Sequence record: LC680884.1
Reading direction: 5' to 3' (one strand)
DNA: 64,000 nucleotides
Positions 1 to 9,077 of this stretch are shown one piece after another. Each line of letters starts with the position of its first letter. Position 1 is the stretch's first letter. Under the pieces are notes generated by a model that was given only the letters and a program-made list of their open reading frames with translations, had not been told where the DNA came from and made no database searches. Both the position numbers and the translations under genes were made by a program.

Positions 1-125
1 TATTTTTGTGGAATAATTAATTCCATATCTTTATTTCTGATAGTTAACTCTCCGAATGTCGCATTGGACATGATTGAATGTTTATAATATCTACTTCTAC
101 CACGCATTATAAATCTACCTCTCTA

Positions 126-935
126 TTATTCTGTAAATTGTTCTAACACTTTTGTACTTTCAGAGAGAATAGAAATACCTGCTGTAAGCAGTTGAGAGTA
201 TGAACTTATTGAAATGCTAATAAATTCTGCAAGAGAATTTATAGTTATATATAATTTACCTTGATCAATTCCAGAATTATTCATCCTAGTCAAAGTATGA
301 TAATATTCTTTCATAACTATAATTTGATTTTGAATCTGTTTATTACATTTTTTATTTAAATAATTTACTAAAATATTTTTATTTTTTATAATAGCATTAA
401 TATCGCTAGCTATATATGTTAAATTTGTTCTTTTAACTACAATATTTTCACAAGAATCTTTAATTGATTTTTTCTTATTATTAATTGTCTTTTTCATATT
501 TGGTATATTAACATTATTTAGCTTTGTATTATTAATACTAGCCGACAATAAAAGGTTGATTGAACTCAAATCAACACTTACATCCTCATAAGATCTAAGT
601 AAATTATTAATACTTAGTATAATATCAATTTCTGATATTACTCTTTTTTTACTATTTAAATTATAGTTGGGAGTATCATTCTTAATTTTTGTTATTACCT
701 TGCTAAATATATCTTTAAACCAAATAATAATTTTATTAATGAGTAATTTTATTTTTTGTAAAACTCTTAATATACTATCAGTTAAATTTTCATTTAATAT
801 AGCTGTATTATTAGAAATATCATTATATTCAGATAAAATTAAACTTCTTTCAATATAATATATTTCATTGATTAAATTTTGTATTTCTATAGACTCATAT
901 AAAAGATTATTTAGTTCATTCTCAATTTTTTGCAT
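126..935 (-). CDS. Putative virion head protein with an N-terminal propeptide; similar in architecture to 58811..59617
   Basis: 269 aa, SD AGGAGGGAG, late promoter upstream. LLYE/ILSE/ILNE motifs precede the amphipathic helix LQKIKLLINKIIIWFKDIFSK. Confidence 0.5.
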   Translation of the reverse strand: MQKIENELNNLLYESIEIQNLINEIYYIERSLILSEYNDISNNTAILNENLTDSILRVLQKIKLLINKIIIWFKDIFSKVITKIKNDTPNYNLNSKKRVISEIDIILSINNLLRSYEDVSVDLSSINLLLSASINNTKLNNVNIPNMKKTINNKKKSIKDSCENIVVKRTNLTYIASDINAIIKNKNILVNYLNKKCNKQIQNQIIVMKEYYHTLTRMNNSGIDQGKLYITINSLAEFISISISSYSQLLTAGISILSESTKVLEQFTE

Positions 936-974
936 TTCTTATTCTCCCTCCTTCTTATTTTATTTTTAAATCAC

Positions 975-986
975 TAATAGTATGTT
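975..986 (-). promoter_or_regulatory. Late (nvRNAP) promoter AACA-N6-TA
   Basis: Minus strand reads AACA-TACTAT-TA about 40 nt upstream of the 935 start; matches the known AR9 late consensus. Confidence 0.75.
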
Positions 987-1026
987 TCAACAAATGAATC
1001 AAAGTTTATCATGTAAATAATAACTG

Positions 1027-1038
1027 AACAAATGAATA
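1027..1038 (+). promoter_or_regulatory. Late promoter AACA-N6-TA
   Basis: AACA-AATGAA-TA upstream of 1073, divergent from the previous promoter. Confidence 0.75.
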
Positions 1039-1072
1039 TTGGCTTTATATTAATTTAAAGGAGGTTAAAATA

Positions 1073-2260
1073 ATGGGTCGATTTATTGAAGAAAAAGATG
1101 TAATCGAAAAATATATAAACAATTTTACGAGTACCACTAAAGATTTCTCTCGGTTCATAGAAGGTTCTCCAAACTTTGTCACTTATTATTCTAAAGATAT
1201 AATGAATTCTATGGAAGATCAAACACTACAAGGTGTTATGGAAGTTATTGGTGTAGAGTCTCCTATAAAATTTAATAAAATTGAAAATTTCCCTATTTAT
1301 AATATGGAGCAAATTGATCCTAATTTAGAATATGATACTGAAAATGGTCTAGATACATCAGTAGAAAGTACTGCAATCGTTCTACCTAATACTCTTAAAC
1401 CACTCCCAAATGACTATTTCCTAGTTAATTATCTAAATAAAGATTATCTATTTAGAATTAGTAATGTTGAGACTAGCAGTATTGATAATAAAGTATTCTA
1501 TAGAATTACTTATATACTATCAGGTGATAATCTTGGAATACTGGAAGAGAGACAATTAACTGAAGAATATAAAGTTGTTTATGAGAATATTGGTAAAGAA
1601 GCTAAGAGTATTCTTAAGACCACAGATTTTCTCCTGTTAGGTAAAATAGATGATGCATTTAATATCTTATCAAAACAGTATACAAAGTTATTTTATAATA
1701 AGTTCTATAATACTTTTCTTTTCAAGAATCAATTATACGATAATATGCTTATGAAATTTATCCAAAGTAATAATCTATTTATCAATTCTAAAACATTCTT
1801 GAAAAATATTAAAATAGAACCGCTACTAAATGAAAGCATGGATGAATTTTTCGCCTATGATAATAGTATCTACTCAGCCATTGAAGAAAAAAGTACAGAT
1901 AATTTAGAGAATTTAAACTATACTCTTGAAGAAATTAATGATAGTAAGAGCATATTTAATCTCTATAAAAACAAGTATAACATTCTTCATATTAGTTATT
2001 CTGAATCAGATTCTAGTGATTTATTACCTTTATTTACTAGTGATTTTATTAAAAGAATTAAAACAAATGAACCTTATGCTGATGATAATTATAAAATAAA
2101 TAATTTTATAATTAATTTTTTAAACAATGCTTTAGTAGAAGAAGAAATTGTTAATTTTATTACTAAGGAAAAAATAAAGGAGACATTGGATAATTATATG
2201 ATTATTCCATGTATTCTCTTCATACTAAAAGAAATAAAGAATACAATTTTAAACAATTAA
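1073..2260 (+). CDS. Virion structural protein, probably head-closure/neck (T4 gp14-like)
   Basis: 395 aa, SD AAAGGAGG, late promoter. The segment LKPLPNDYFLVNYLNKDYLFRISNV resembles head-closure beta-barrels. Function inferred. Confidence 0.5.
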   Translation: MGRFIEEKDVIEKYINNFTSTTKDFSRFIEGSPNFVTYYSKDIMNSMEDQTLQGVMEVIGVESPIKFNKIENFPIYNMEQIDPNLEYDTENGLDTSVESTAIVLPNTLKPLPNDYFLVNYLNKDYLFRISNVETSSIDNKVFYRITYILSGDNLGILEERQLTEEYKVVYENIGKEAKSILKTTDFLLLGKIDDAFNILSKQYTKLFYNKFYNTFLFKNQLYDNMLMKFIQSNNLFINSKTFLKNIKIEPLLNESMDEFFAYDNSIYSAIEEKSTDNLENLNYTLEEINDSKSIFNLYKNKYNILHISYSESDSSDLLPLFTSDFIKRIKTNEPYADDNYKINNFIINFLNNALVEEEIVNFITKEKIKETLDNYMIIPCILFILKEIKNTILNN

Positions 2261-2263
2261 ATA
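2252..2263 (+). promoter_or_regulatory. Late promoter AACA-N6-TA
   Basis: AACA-ATTAAA-TA overlaps the upstream stop codon, ahead of 2301. Confidence 0.7.
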
Positions 2264-2300
2264 AGTATAATTACCTTATTTAAGGAAGGAGCAGACTTAA

Positions 2301-2897
2301 ATGTTTAAAACTATTAAAAATAAGATGCTTAATGAAGATACTGAGTTGCTTAATATTGATGAGGAACTTGAGGGTTTAGAGGAAGAACTAGAAACAGTTG
2401 AGACAACTGAAGATGAAGTTCTTGATGAAGCAAAAATTGACGGTCAGGATTTATCAGTTGACATTGATGATCTTGATGTAGACTTAGATGTTAATGATCT
2501 TGATGACGAAGATGATGACACTTCAGGTTTATATATGGATGATGATGACGAAGATGATCTATTAGAAGGTGCAGAGTTATCTGAAGAACTATTAGATGAA
2601 GAAATCATCTCTGAAGATGAAGAGGTTGTCAAAGAAGAAGATGAAGTTACATTAGAAGAACTTGAATTAGAAGAAGCAACTTCTAATGAAGAAGTTCTTG
2701 ATTTTGAGGATGATGACGAAGATGATGACATTATTCTTGATGAAGCATTGGATGAACTTGAAGAAATTTTAATTAATGAAGAAAAAGAGACTATTGCTGA
2801 TGATAAAGAAATTGAAGAATTAGCAGATGAAGATGACGAAGATGATGAAGAATTAGAAGCCATCGGAGAGTCATTATTAGATCTAGACTTACTTTAA
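2301..2897 (+). CDS. Extremely acidic late protein (candidate prohead core/scaffold)
   Basis: 198 aa, roughly half D/E, SD AAGGAG, with recurring (L/I)(L/I)xE motifs. Confidence 0.6.
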   Translation: MFKTIKNKMLNEDTELLNIDEELEGLEEELETVETTEDEVLDEAKIDGQDLSVDIDDLDVDLDVNDLDDEDDDTSGLYMDDDDEDDLLEGAELSEELLDEEIISEDEEVVKEEDEVTLEELELEEATSNEEVLDFEDDDEDDDIILDEALDELEEILINEEKETIADDKEIEELADEDDEDDEELEAIGESLLDLDLL

Positions 2898-2912
2898 GGG
2901 AGGATACAGTAT

Positions 2913-3371
2913 ATGAGTAAACAAAGAATTCGTGTAACAATTACTGACTCTAAACTTATTCCTACTATTGGAAAAGGTCCAATTAACCGTCCTATTAGTA
3001 TTACTGTAGGTCAGTATGAATTGTTGACTAAACTAGGTTTTAATGTAGTTCGTTATGAAGAAGAAAAACCTCAAAAAATTCAGGAACAGCCAAAACCTCA
3101 AGTGGAAGAATCTGTTGAAGAACAAGAAGTTTCTGTAGAAGATCCTAAAGAGTCTCAAGAAGAAGAAACATTAGTTGAAGAACAAGAAGAAATTTCAGAA
3201 GAAGAACTAGAGGAAATTGATTCTGACATAGCATATACAATGGAAGATCTTGAAGAAGCAACTAAAAAAGAACTTAAAGAAATCTTGGACTCTCGTGGTG
3301 TAAATTATGGATATAATGATACACTCTCTAAATTAAAAGATGCTGTAATTGAATCAAATCCAGAAAAATAA
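2913..3371 (+). CDS. Protein with an acidic linker and a C-terminal HeH (SAP/LEM/Rho-N-like) domain
   Basis: C-terminal EEATKKELKEILDSRGVNYGYNDTLSKLKDAVI fits the helix-extended-helix pattern; SD GGGAGG. Confidence 0.65.
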   Translation: MSKQRIRVTITDSKLIPTIGKGPINRPISITVGQYELLTKLGFNVVRYEEEKPQKIQEQPKPQVEESVEEQEVSVEDPKESQEEETLVEEQEEISEEELEEIDSDIAYTMEDLEEATKKELKEILDSRGVNYGYNDTLSKLKDAVIESNPEK

Positions 3372-3375
3372 AAAA

Positions 3376-3410
3376 AAATAAGGATAGACATATTATGTCT
3401 ATCCTTATTT
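3376..3410. terminator. Bidirectional terminator hairpin
   Basis: AAATAAGGATAGACATA-T-TATGTCTATCCTTATTT between convergent genes. Confidence 0.85.
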
Positions 3411-3413
3411 ACA

Positions 3414-3752
3414 TTAATCAATTTTTGATAGAGTAATTTCTACCCTATATCCAATTATTTCACACCATTTCTTTACTCTTCCCCAACTAACACTACCCTT
3501 TCGTAGTCCATTAATTAGATTCCAACCTTCAACTCTTCCTAATACATTATATACATCTTGATTGGTAATCTGAGCTTTATTAACTATCTGTTTAACAAAT
3601 ACTGCTAACTCAGTGTCTTTTTCTTCATCAATTTCAAATTCCAATACTTCTACTTCAACCTTACGTCCTTTTCTAGAAGGTTTTTTCTTTTCTGTTTCTT
3701 TTGTATTACTAATTTGAGAGATTTTATCTAGGAAATCATTGCTGTTTGTCAT
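3414..3752 (-). CDS. Putative XRE/Cro-like HTH protein
   Basis: C-terminal ITNQDVYNVLGRVEGWNLINGLRKGSVSWGRVKKWCEIIGYRVEI resembles XRE HTH domains. Confidence 0.5.
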   Translation of the reverse strand: MTNSNDFLDKISQISNTKETEKKKPSRKGRKVEVEVLEFEIDEEKDTELAVFVKQIVNKAQITNQDVYNVLGRVEGWNLINGLRKGSVSWGRVKKWCEIIGYRVEITLSKID

Positions 3753-3781
3753 AGTTCTGTTTCACCCTTTGCTTTGTAATC

Positions 3782-4807
3782 TTAGAAATTAATGCCGCCG
3801 TCTTTATCATCAAGATCAGGAACTTCGATCTCTGTTGCTCCAGCCATTACATCATTAAAACTAATAGGAGAATCATTATTCTCTCTTCCAGTTTCAATAG
3901 GAGAATCATCTTCAATTCCACCAGTGAATGGGATATCGTCATCACTAGGAATAGGAGGATTTAGATCAGTTCCATTCTCAATGGCACTTTCTAACTCATC
4001 TGGAGTAACATTCTTTGTTTGCGGTTTAAATCCTGCATTACGTTTAGGGCTTGATTCTTCGCTCTTATTTCCACCGAATGTATTACCATTACCTCTAGAA
4101 GCACCATTATTCCCACCAAAGATTCCACGTTTAGGTTTAGCGTTAAAGCCAGCATTATTTTTAGGCGCAGAGCTAAATGTGTTGACAGATGGTTCAGAAC
4201 CTTCTACAGCTGAATCAAACATTAATCCTGTAAGGAACAAAGTAGAGCTTTCAGATAATAGGTTGAAATTATTTAAGATATAATAAAGAGCGCCTAGTTG
4301 AGAAGCATCTAATTCAATTGCATAATCTTCTGATCCAAGGAATAAAATAACACCATTAGTATATACTTGATCTCGTTGAATAATAGTAGGAATAAAAGCT
4401 AATTGTTTACCTCCACCAAGAGGATTTGTTGTCAAAGAAACATTTGCATATTTTGGATTAATATTATTTCCTTGATAAACCTCATCAGTATTAACCATAT
4501 TATAAGCAGATGTTAGGATTGTCATAAAGTTCATCATATGAGGATAGCTGATAAAAATATCCTCATTAATTTTATTTTGAAAATCATGATATGAAAATAC
4601 AAGGAAATCAGAAGTTCTGATTTGGATTTGATCTAACGTACTTCTATCTGAATATTTTTGTGAATCATATGAGCGTGTATAAATAGAATTTAATTTATTA
4701 TCGTTCTTTCCTTTATTTCCATTAAGAATTACATTTTTCACGGAGAATAGATTTCCTACTGAAAATAAAGTTTTTTCAATTCTTTCTACTGTGTCTAGTC
4801 TGCTCAT
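3782..4807 (-). CDS. Putative single-stranded DNA-binding protein (folded N-domain, G/N-rich linker, acidic tail with DDDIPF)
   Basis: Start moved to the ATG at 4807 (SD GGGGGA). Linker GIFGGNNGASRGNGNTFGGN, internal SDDDIPF, acidic tail ending GGINF. Confidence 0.55.
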   Translation of the reverse strand: MSRLDTVERIEKTLFSVGNLFSVKNVILNGNKGKNDNKLNSIYTRSYDSQKYSDRSTLDQIQIRTSDFLVFSYHDFQNKINEDIFISYPHMMNFMTILTSAYNMVNTDEVYQGNNINPKYANVSLTTNPLGGGKQLAFIPTIIQRDQVYTNGVILFLGSEDYAIELDASQLGALYYILNNFNLLSESSTLFLTGLMFDSAVEGSEPSVNTFSSAPKNNAGFNAKPKRGIFGGNNGASRGNGNTFGGNKSEESSPKRNAGFKPQTKNVTPDELESAIENGTDLNPPIPSDDDIPFTGGIEDDSPIETGRENNDSPISFNDVMAGATEIEVPDLDDKDGGINF

Positions 4808-4890
4808 TAAGTGTTCCCCCATATTTCTAATTATTTTTTTTTTGATACATTTTTATGTTTAATTTTTTCTAACTTTTTATGAAAATTAAT

Positions 4891-5178
4891 CTACAAAATA
4901 TATACTCTTAAGGATAAATTTTGTCCAAAATATGTACCATAATTAATACCTGCAACACTATCTGTCCAGCTATCTAATGGTACATTATCCATGTGATCCT
5001 GTAGACATTCTATACAGTTTCTCAATTCCCTAGTATTTATCTCTTTTTGCTCTTTATTATCAAATGCTATAAGATAATTTTTTTCATTTACATTTAGAAA
5101 CATTGTTTTAGTATTATCATGGAAATACTTTTTTAATCTTTTAATATTAAATTTACCTTGAATAAAAACATCTATCAT
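4891..5178 (-). CDS. Hypothetical protein
   Basis: 95-aa ORF coupled (ATGA overlap) to the upstream gene. Confidence 0.6.
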   Translation of the reverse strand: MIDVFIQGKFNIKRLKKYFHDNTKTMFLNVNEKNYLIAFDNKEQKEINTRELRNCIECLQDHMDNVPLDSWTDSVAGINYGTYFGQNLSLRVYIL

Positions 5179-5345
5179 TTAATGAACCCCAATCGTTTTG
5201 CAATTTCCCTCTGCTTCTTATCATAAAGCCTCCTTTCTCTTTCTTCTAGTTTTGCTAATTCCCTCCTTTCTTTCCTAGAGAGACTTCTTTCATTAGTTTT
5301 TAACGTCTTCTTAGTCTGATTTGAATAATCATAATAAGTATTCAT
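5175..5345 (-). CDS. Small basic hypothetical protein (56 aa)
   Basis: SD AAGGAGGAG places the start at 5345 (MNTYY); early-type motif at 5378..5390. Confidence 0.65.
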   Translation of the reverse strand: MNTYYDYSNQTKKTLKTNERSLSRKERRELAKLEERERRLYDKKQREIAKRLGFIK

Positions 5346-5388
5346 GCTACTCCTCCTTTTCATTTAAAGACACTATTATAATATAAAT

Positions 5389-5946
5389 TTATCTTTTATT
5401 TTGATATACATCAAATAGTTGCTTCCAAATACTAATGTTCCCTTTGGCGCTAATAATAGCATTGGATTTTTTCTCTAATGATGTTCCTGATAGATTAATA
5501 TTTAGGAACTCTAGAAGAGAATCTAAATCAATTGTATCATTGGATAACATAAATTTAGGAAAAATTTCATAATCAATTAATTCTGAAAAGAACAGCCAGC
5601 TAAATTGTTTATCATCAATAATAAACTTAATCTTCTTCTTATGTTTTAGATAATAGTTTGCCAGCCATTTTGAAACTTCTTTTCTTATTATATCACTATT
5701 AGATTTGATGTGAAAATGATTGTTACTCTCTATAATAAAATCATTTTTCTCATTAAATAATAAATTAGGAATGATATCATTCTTAGCATAATAATCTAAA
5801 AAGTGCTCAGAATAATCATTAAATTCTGCATAAAATAAGTTTTTACCTCCAAGATCAGAAATGCAAAGACTAATAATCTTTGCATTCTTATTTTTGTTTG
5901 TGATTTTAACACTTAATCCCAATGAAATTTCATTTTTACTTTGCAT
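5389..5946 (-). CDS. Degenerate DEDDh exonuclease-fold protein (paralog of 30277..30870)
   Basis: Shares KIISLCIS..G..FYAEFNDY and KSNAIISAK with the active paralog but lacks its catalytic residues. The ATG overlaps the end of the DHH gene. Confidence 0.6.
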   Translation of the reverse strand: MQSKNEISLGLSVKITNKNKNAKIISLCISDLGGKNLFYAEFNDYSEHFLDYYAKNDIIPNLLFNEKNDFIIESNNHFHIKSNSDIIRKEVSKWLANYYLKHKKKIKFIIDDKQFSWLFFSELIDYEIFPKFMLSNDTIDLDSLLEFLNINLSGTSLEKKSNAIISAKGNISIWKQLFDVYQNKR

Positions 5947-6826
5947 AATCTTTAGCACCATCCTTTAATAAAATATCAACAATTTTTAACATTGCGTCTT
6001 CGCTAATAGGACTACCACTAGTTGTTTTTCTTCCATCTCCACCATTCTCACTTGCTACCTTTGAAACATCATTTCTAGCATCTCTACTTCTATACGAGAT
6101 AGAATGATTCATTGGATTAATAGCAATAAGTACATCTACATTATCAAAATTCCCAAATATATGTTCTGTAATTTCAGTAACATATCTATCTACAAAAATA
6201 TAACATGTTTTACCTTTAATTATTGGTTTAACTTTTTGAATAGTTGCCTGAATATCATCTTGTCTCATTCCAAGAATAATCTTTTCTTTCTTACTCAATG
6301 TGAGAGATGGATTGATTAAGAATCTTGCCAAAAAGTCATGAGTCTTTAAGTTATAAGATAAATCATTAATAATCTTAGCATTCTCGTTATCATAATCCCA
6401 TGTTTCTAATGAATTAACAGAGTCAATTAGTTCATCATAGCTGTCATCATTCATATTGATTAAACCTTTTTGCTTTAAATATTGATATAATTCCTTAGAA
6501 GCACTGGTATTATCCTTAAATAGTAAGCACCACTCATATTTCTTGAGATAATAGTGATTTGCTGGATGATGGTCAATTAGCATAATAAAATTGAATAAGT
6601 GTTTTAAACTTTCAATTCTCTCTGCGGTTTCTTTAGAAATAGTAATATCTGTAATGACTAAAACTGAATCAGTGCATTGCCAGTTTTCAATAGCATCTAG
6701 ATAATCATTTACTACCTCATCCACATTTGAGTAGTCACAAATTCGATAACTACCTATTCCATTCATATATTTTTTGGCTAGAACTAAACATGTTTTTCCA
6801 TCTGCATCATAATGTGTGATGATCAT
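5936..6826 (-). CDS. DHH/DHHA1 family phosphoesterase
   Basis: Motifs THYDADG, VITDI, LIDHHP; DHHA1-like SISYRSR..DVSKVASENGGDG. Confidence 0.9.
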   Translation of the reverse strand: MIITHYDADGKTCLVLAKKYMNGIGSYRICDYSNVDEVVNDYLDAIENWQCTDSVLVITDITISKETAERIESLKHLFNFIMLIDHHPANHYYLKKYEWCLLFKDNTSASKELYQYLKQKGLINMNDDSYDELIDSVNSLETWDYDNENAKIINDLSYNLKTHDFLARFLINPSLTLSKKEKIILGMRQDDIQATIQKVKPIIKGKTCYIFVDRYVTEITEHIFGNFDNVDVLIAINPMNHSISYRSRDARNDVSKVASENGGDGRKTTSGSPISEDAMLKIVDILLKDGAKDYAK

Positions 6827-6914
6827 TTATCTTCCTTCTTTCCCCCATAATACTTTTAAAATGAATATTTTAAATGGTATAATCATATTTAGATATGATT
6901 ATACCATTTTTTAT

Positions 6915-8348
6915 CTATTTTGTCAAGTCTAATTCATAAATTCTCTTTGCTTTTTTATTATATATATTTTGTCTCTGTTTTAATTGTTTTTTACAACTAT
7001 CAAAACCAATATCTACAAGATCAATATACCATACTTCTTTTCCTTCAATCTCCCTTAATCTACCTAATAACTGCTCAGTTAGAACTTTTGATCCAAATGG
7101 AACCGTATTTATAAGTATCTCTAATCCTTTAACATCAATAGCTTTCCCAAATGATACATCTGTTGTTACTATTATATCTTTTTCTAATTCCTTTAAGCGT
7201 TTATCCTTGTCCTTAATACTGGAATTATATCTTCCAATTTCTATATTTGGGTAAGTTTCTTTAAGATCATTAATAATAACATCATTGCCAGCCATTGTAT
7301 GAAATAATAGTACTGTTTTTTTATCAAAATTCTTATTTACTCTTTCAATAATATTTTTTGTAATATGATTCATAAATTCTTCATATTTAATATTATCCAG
7401 AATATATTTACACCATCTATTTGTATCAAAACCGTATTTTGATTTCATCTTGGCTTGATCATCAATACTAGGTTTGCTGTTAAATTTCACAATAATTATA
7501 TTGTGATAATTAACAATTTCATCTTCTTTAACTTTATACATTGGAACATCATTGAAAATATTTTGATAAACTTTATTTTCAATTGGATCACTTCGGGATG
7601 GAGTAGCTGTTATATAAACACTTTCAGTATTAGTTAATGAATCAATATAGAATATATTTTTATATTCGACATGTGCTTCATCATACAATTTAACACCTAT
7701 GCCTAAGTGTTTCATTAACTTATCAATATTATCTGGATTATCGTCAATATAGTTACCAATAGTTTTATGAATAGCAATGAACCACTTATATTGCTTTAGC
7801 TCTTTCTTTTTCATTTTCATTAACTTATCAATACTATTTCTACCACTAATAAGAAATATCTCTTCCTCTTTTACTGACGTAAAATTTAGAATACTCTTCT
7901 TCCATTGCTCCATTAAGTTCTCTTGGTCTACAAATACCATTGGTAATTTCTTAGACTTAAATACGTAGTTAATAGAACAGTATGTCTTTCCTTTACCTGT
8001 TGGTAAACATAAGAATTTCTGTGAATCATTTGTTTGTAAAAGAAATTTAATTGCATCTTGTTGTATTGAATCTCTAGGAGGATATTTTAGTGAAAAGGTT
8101 ACTTTATTATAAGGATCAACATTTAATCTTTCATTAACTATCTTATCTCTTGGAAAACACTTTTTTAATTTAGTGTAATCATAACCTCCAGGAATTAATA
8201 ATTGATTTGTATCTTCATCAATTAAAAATGCTGAAAAGGTATATTGAAAAATAGTTTTATCCCATACAGATAGTGATTTCTCTAGTTTATCACTTTCACC
8301 AGCTTTATAATTTTCAACAAGAATTCTAGTTGGTTGTACTCTTATCAT
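6915..8348 (-). CDS. Superfamily 2 helicase (UvsW/XPB-like)
   Basis: Walker A LPTGKGKT, DEAH box, motif III TATPSR, motif VI QLLGRLRE. Confidence 0.92.
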   Translation of the reverse strand: MIRVQPTRILVENYKAGESDKLEKSLSVWDKTIFQYTFSAFLIDEDTNQLLIPGGYDYTKLKKCFPRDKIVNERLNVDPYNKVTFSLKYPPRDSIQQDAIKFLLQTNDSQKFLCLPTGKGKTYCSINYVFKSKKLPMVFVDQENLMEQWKKSILNFTSVKEEEIFLISGRNSIDKLMKMKKKELKQYKWFIAIHKTIGNYIDDNPDNIDKLMKHLGIGVKLYDEAHVEYKNIFYIDSLTNTESVYITATPSRSDPIENKVYQNIFNDVPMYKVKEDEIVNYHNIIIVKFNSKPSIDDQAKMKSKYGFDTNRWCKYILDNIKYEEFMNHITKNIIERVNKNFDKKTVLLFHTMAGNDVIINDLKETYPNIEIGRYNSSIKDKDKRLKELEKDIIVTTDVSFGKAIDVKGLEILINTVPFGSKVLTEQLLGRLREIEGKEVWYIDLVDIGFDSCKKQLKQRQNIYNKKAKRIYELDLTK

Positions 8349-8364
8349 ATATTATCCTCTCCTA

Positions 8365-8955
8365 TTAAGAACCAAGAAATTCATACTCTCTAGAGAATTT
8401 TAAAAATGGATATTTATCATTTTCTTCATTAAAATTGATTTGTATATCATAAGAAATTTGATTGACTAAATCATCTCTAGTATTAGTAAAATAAATATAG
8501 TCGTTTATATAGCCAATTACAATATCTGTCTGAATGATTTCATATTCAATTCTTTCTATTTGTTCATATCTTTTTTTAATTGGGAGTTTAATAGATTTTA
8601 AAAATGATAAACGTTTTGTAAGTCCTTTTTTAGCGTCATGCATATCTTTATACTGTTTTTCAATCATTTTTTTATGTTTCTTTAATAATCTAGGATCTAT
8701 TTTATAACCTGTAATAACCATACTAAAAATATCAATGCTACACATAAGTAATGAATCAACTTCCTCTAAGAAATAAATATCAATTTTACGCTCATCAGGT
8801 ACTAAAACTAATTTTTCACCAATAATATAATTAGTACATAAATATTCTTTTATATACTCGGTAATATCTATCATAAGTTCATCAATTTCTTCTTGTCTTT
8901 TTGTAAAATCATTAATATGATTTCTGAATTCTTTTTGATCTTGAAAGGCTAACAT
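8365..8955 (-). CDS. Hypothetical protein
   Basis: 196-aa ORF with SD GGGAGAG, in the same minus-strand run. Confidence 0.65.
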   Translation of the reverse strand: MLAFQDQKEFRNHINDFTKRQEEIDELMIDITEYIKEYLCTNYIIGEKLVLVPDERKIDIYFLEEVDSLLMCSIDIFSMVITGYKIDPRLLKKHKKMIEKQYKDMHDAKKGLTKRLSFLKSIKLPIKKRYEQIERIEYEIIQTDIVIGYINDYIYFTNTRDDLVNQISYDIQINFNEENDKYPFLKFSREYEFLGS

Positions 8956-9031
8956 AAAATCTCTCCCTAAATTTATTTCTGATATTTTGTTATCTATATT
9001 TTTATTTATTTATACATTAATATGTAAAAAT

Positions 9032-9070
9032 AAAACAGTATAAAGATCATATAGACCTTTATACTGTTTT
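9032..9070 (-). terminator. Terminator hairpin after the nvRNAP beta-prime C gene
   Basis: AAAACAGTATAAAG / CTTTATACTGTTTT inverted repeat. Confidence 0.75.
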
Positions 9071-9077
9071 TTATTAA

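Noticed and set aside
2444-2863. Ser-rich 139-aa minus-strand ORF
   Set aside because: Shadow of the GAT/GAA codons of the acidic protein on the plus strand.
3792-4283. 163-aa plus-strand ORF
   Set aside because: Antisense shadow of the SSB-like gene, with no SD.
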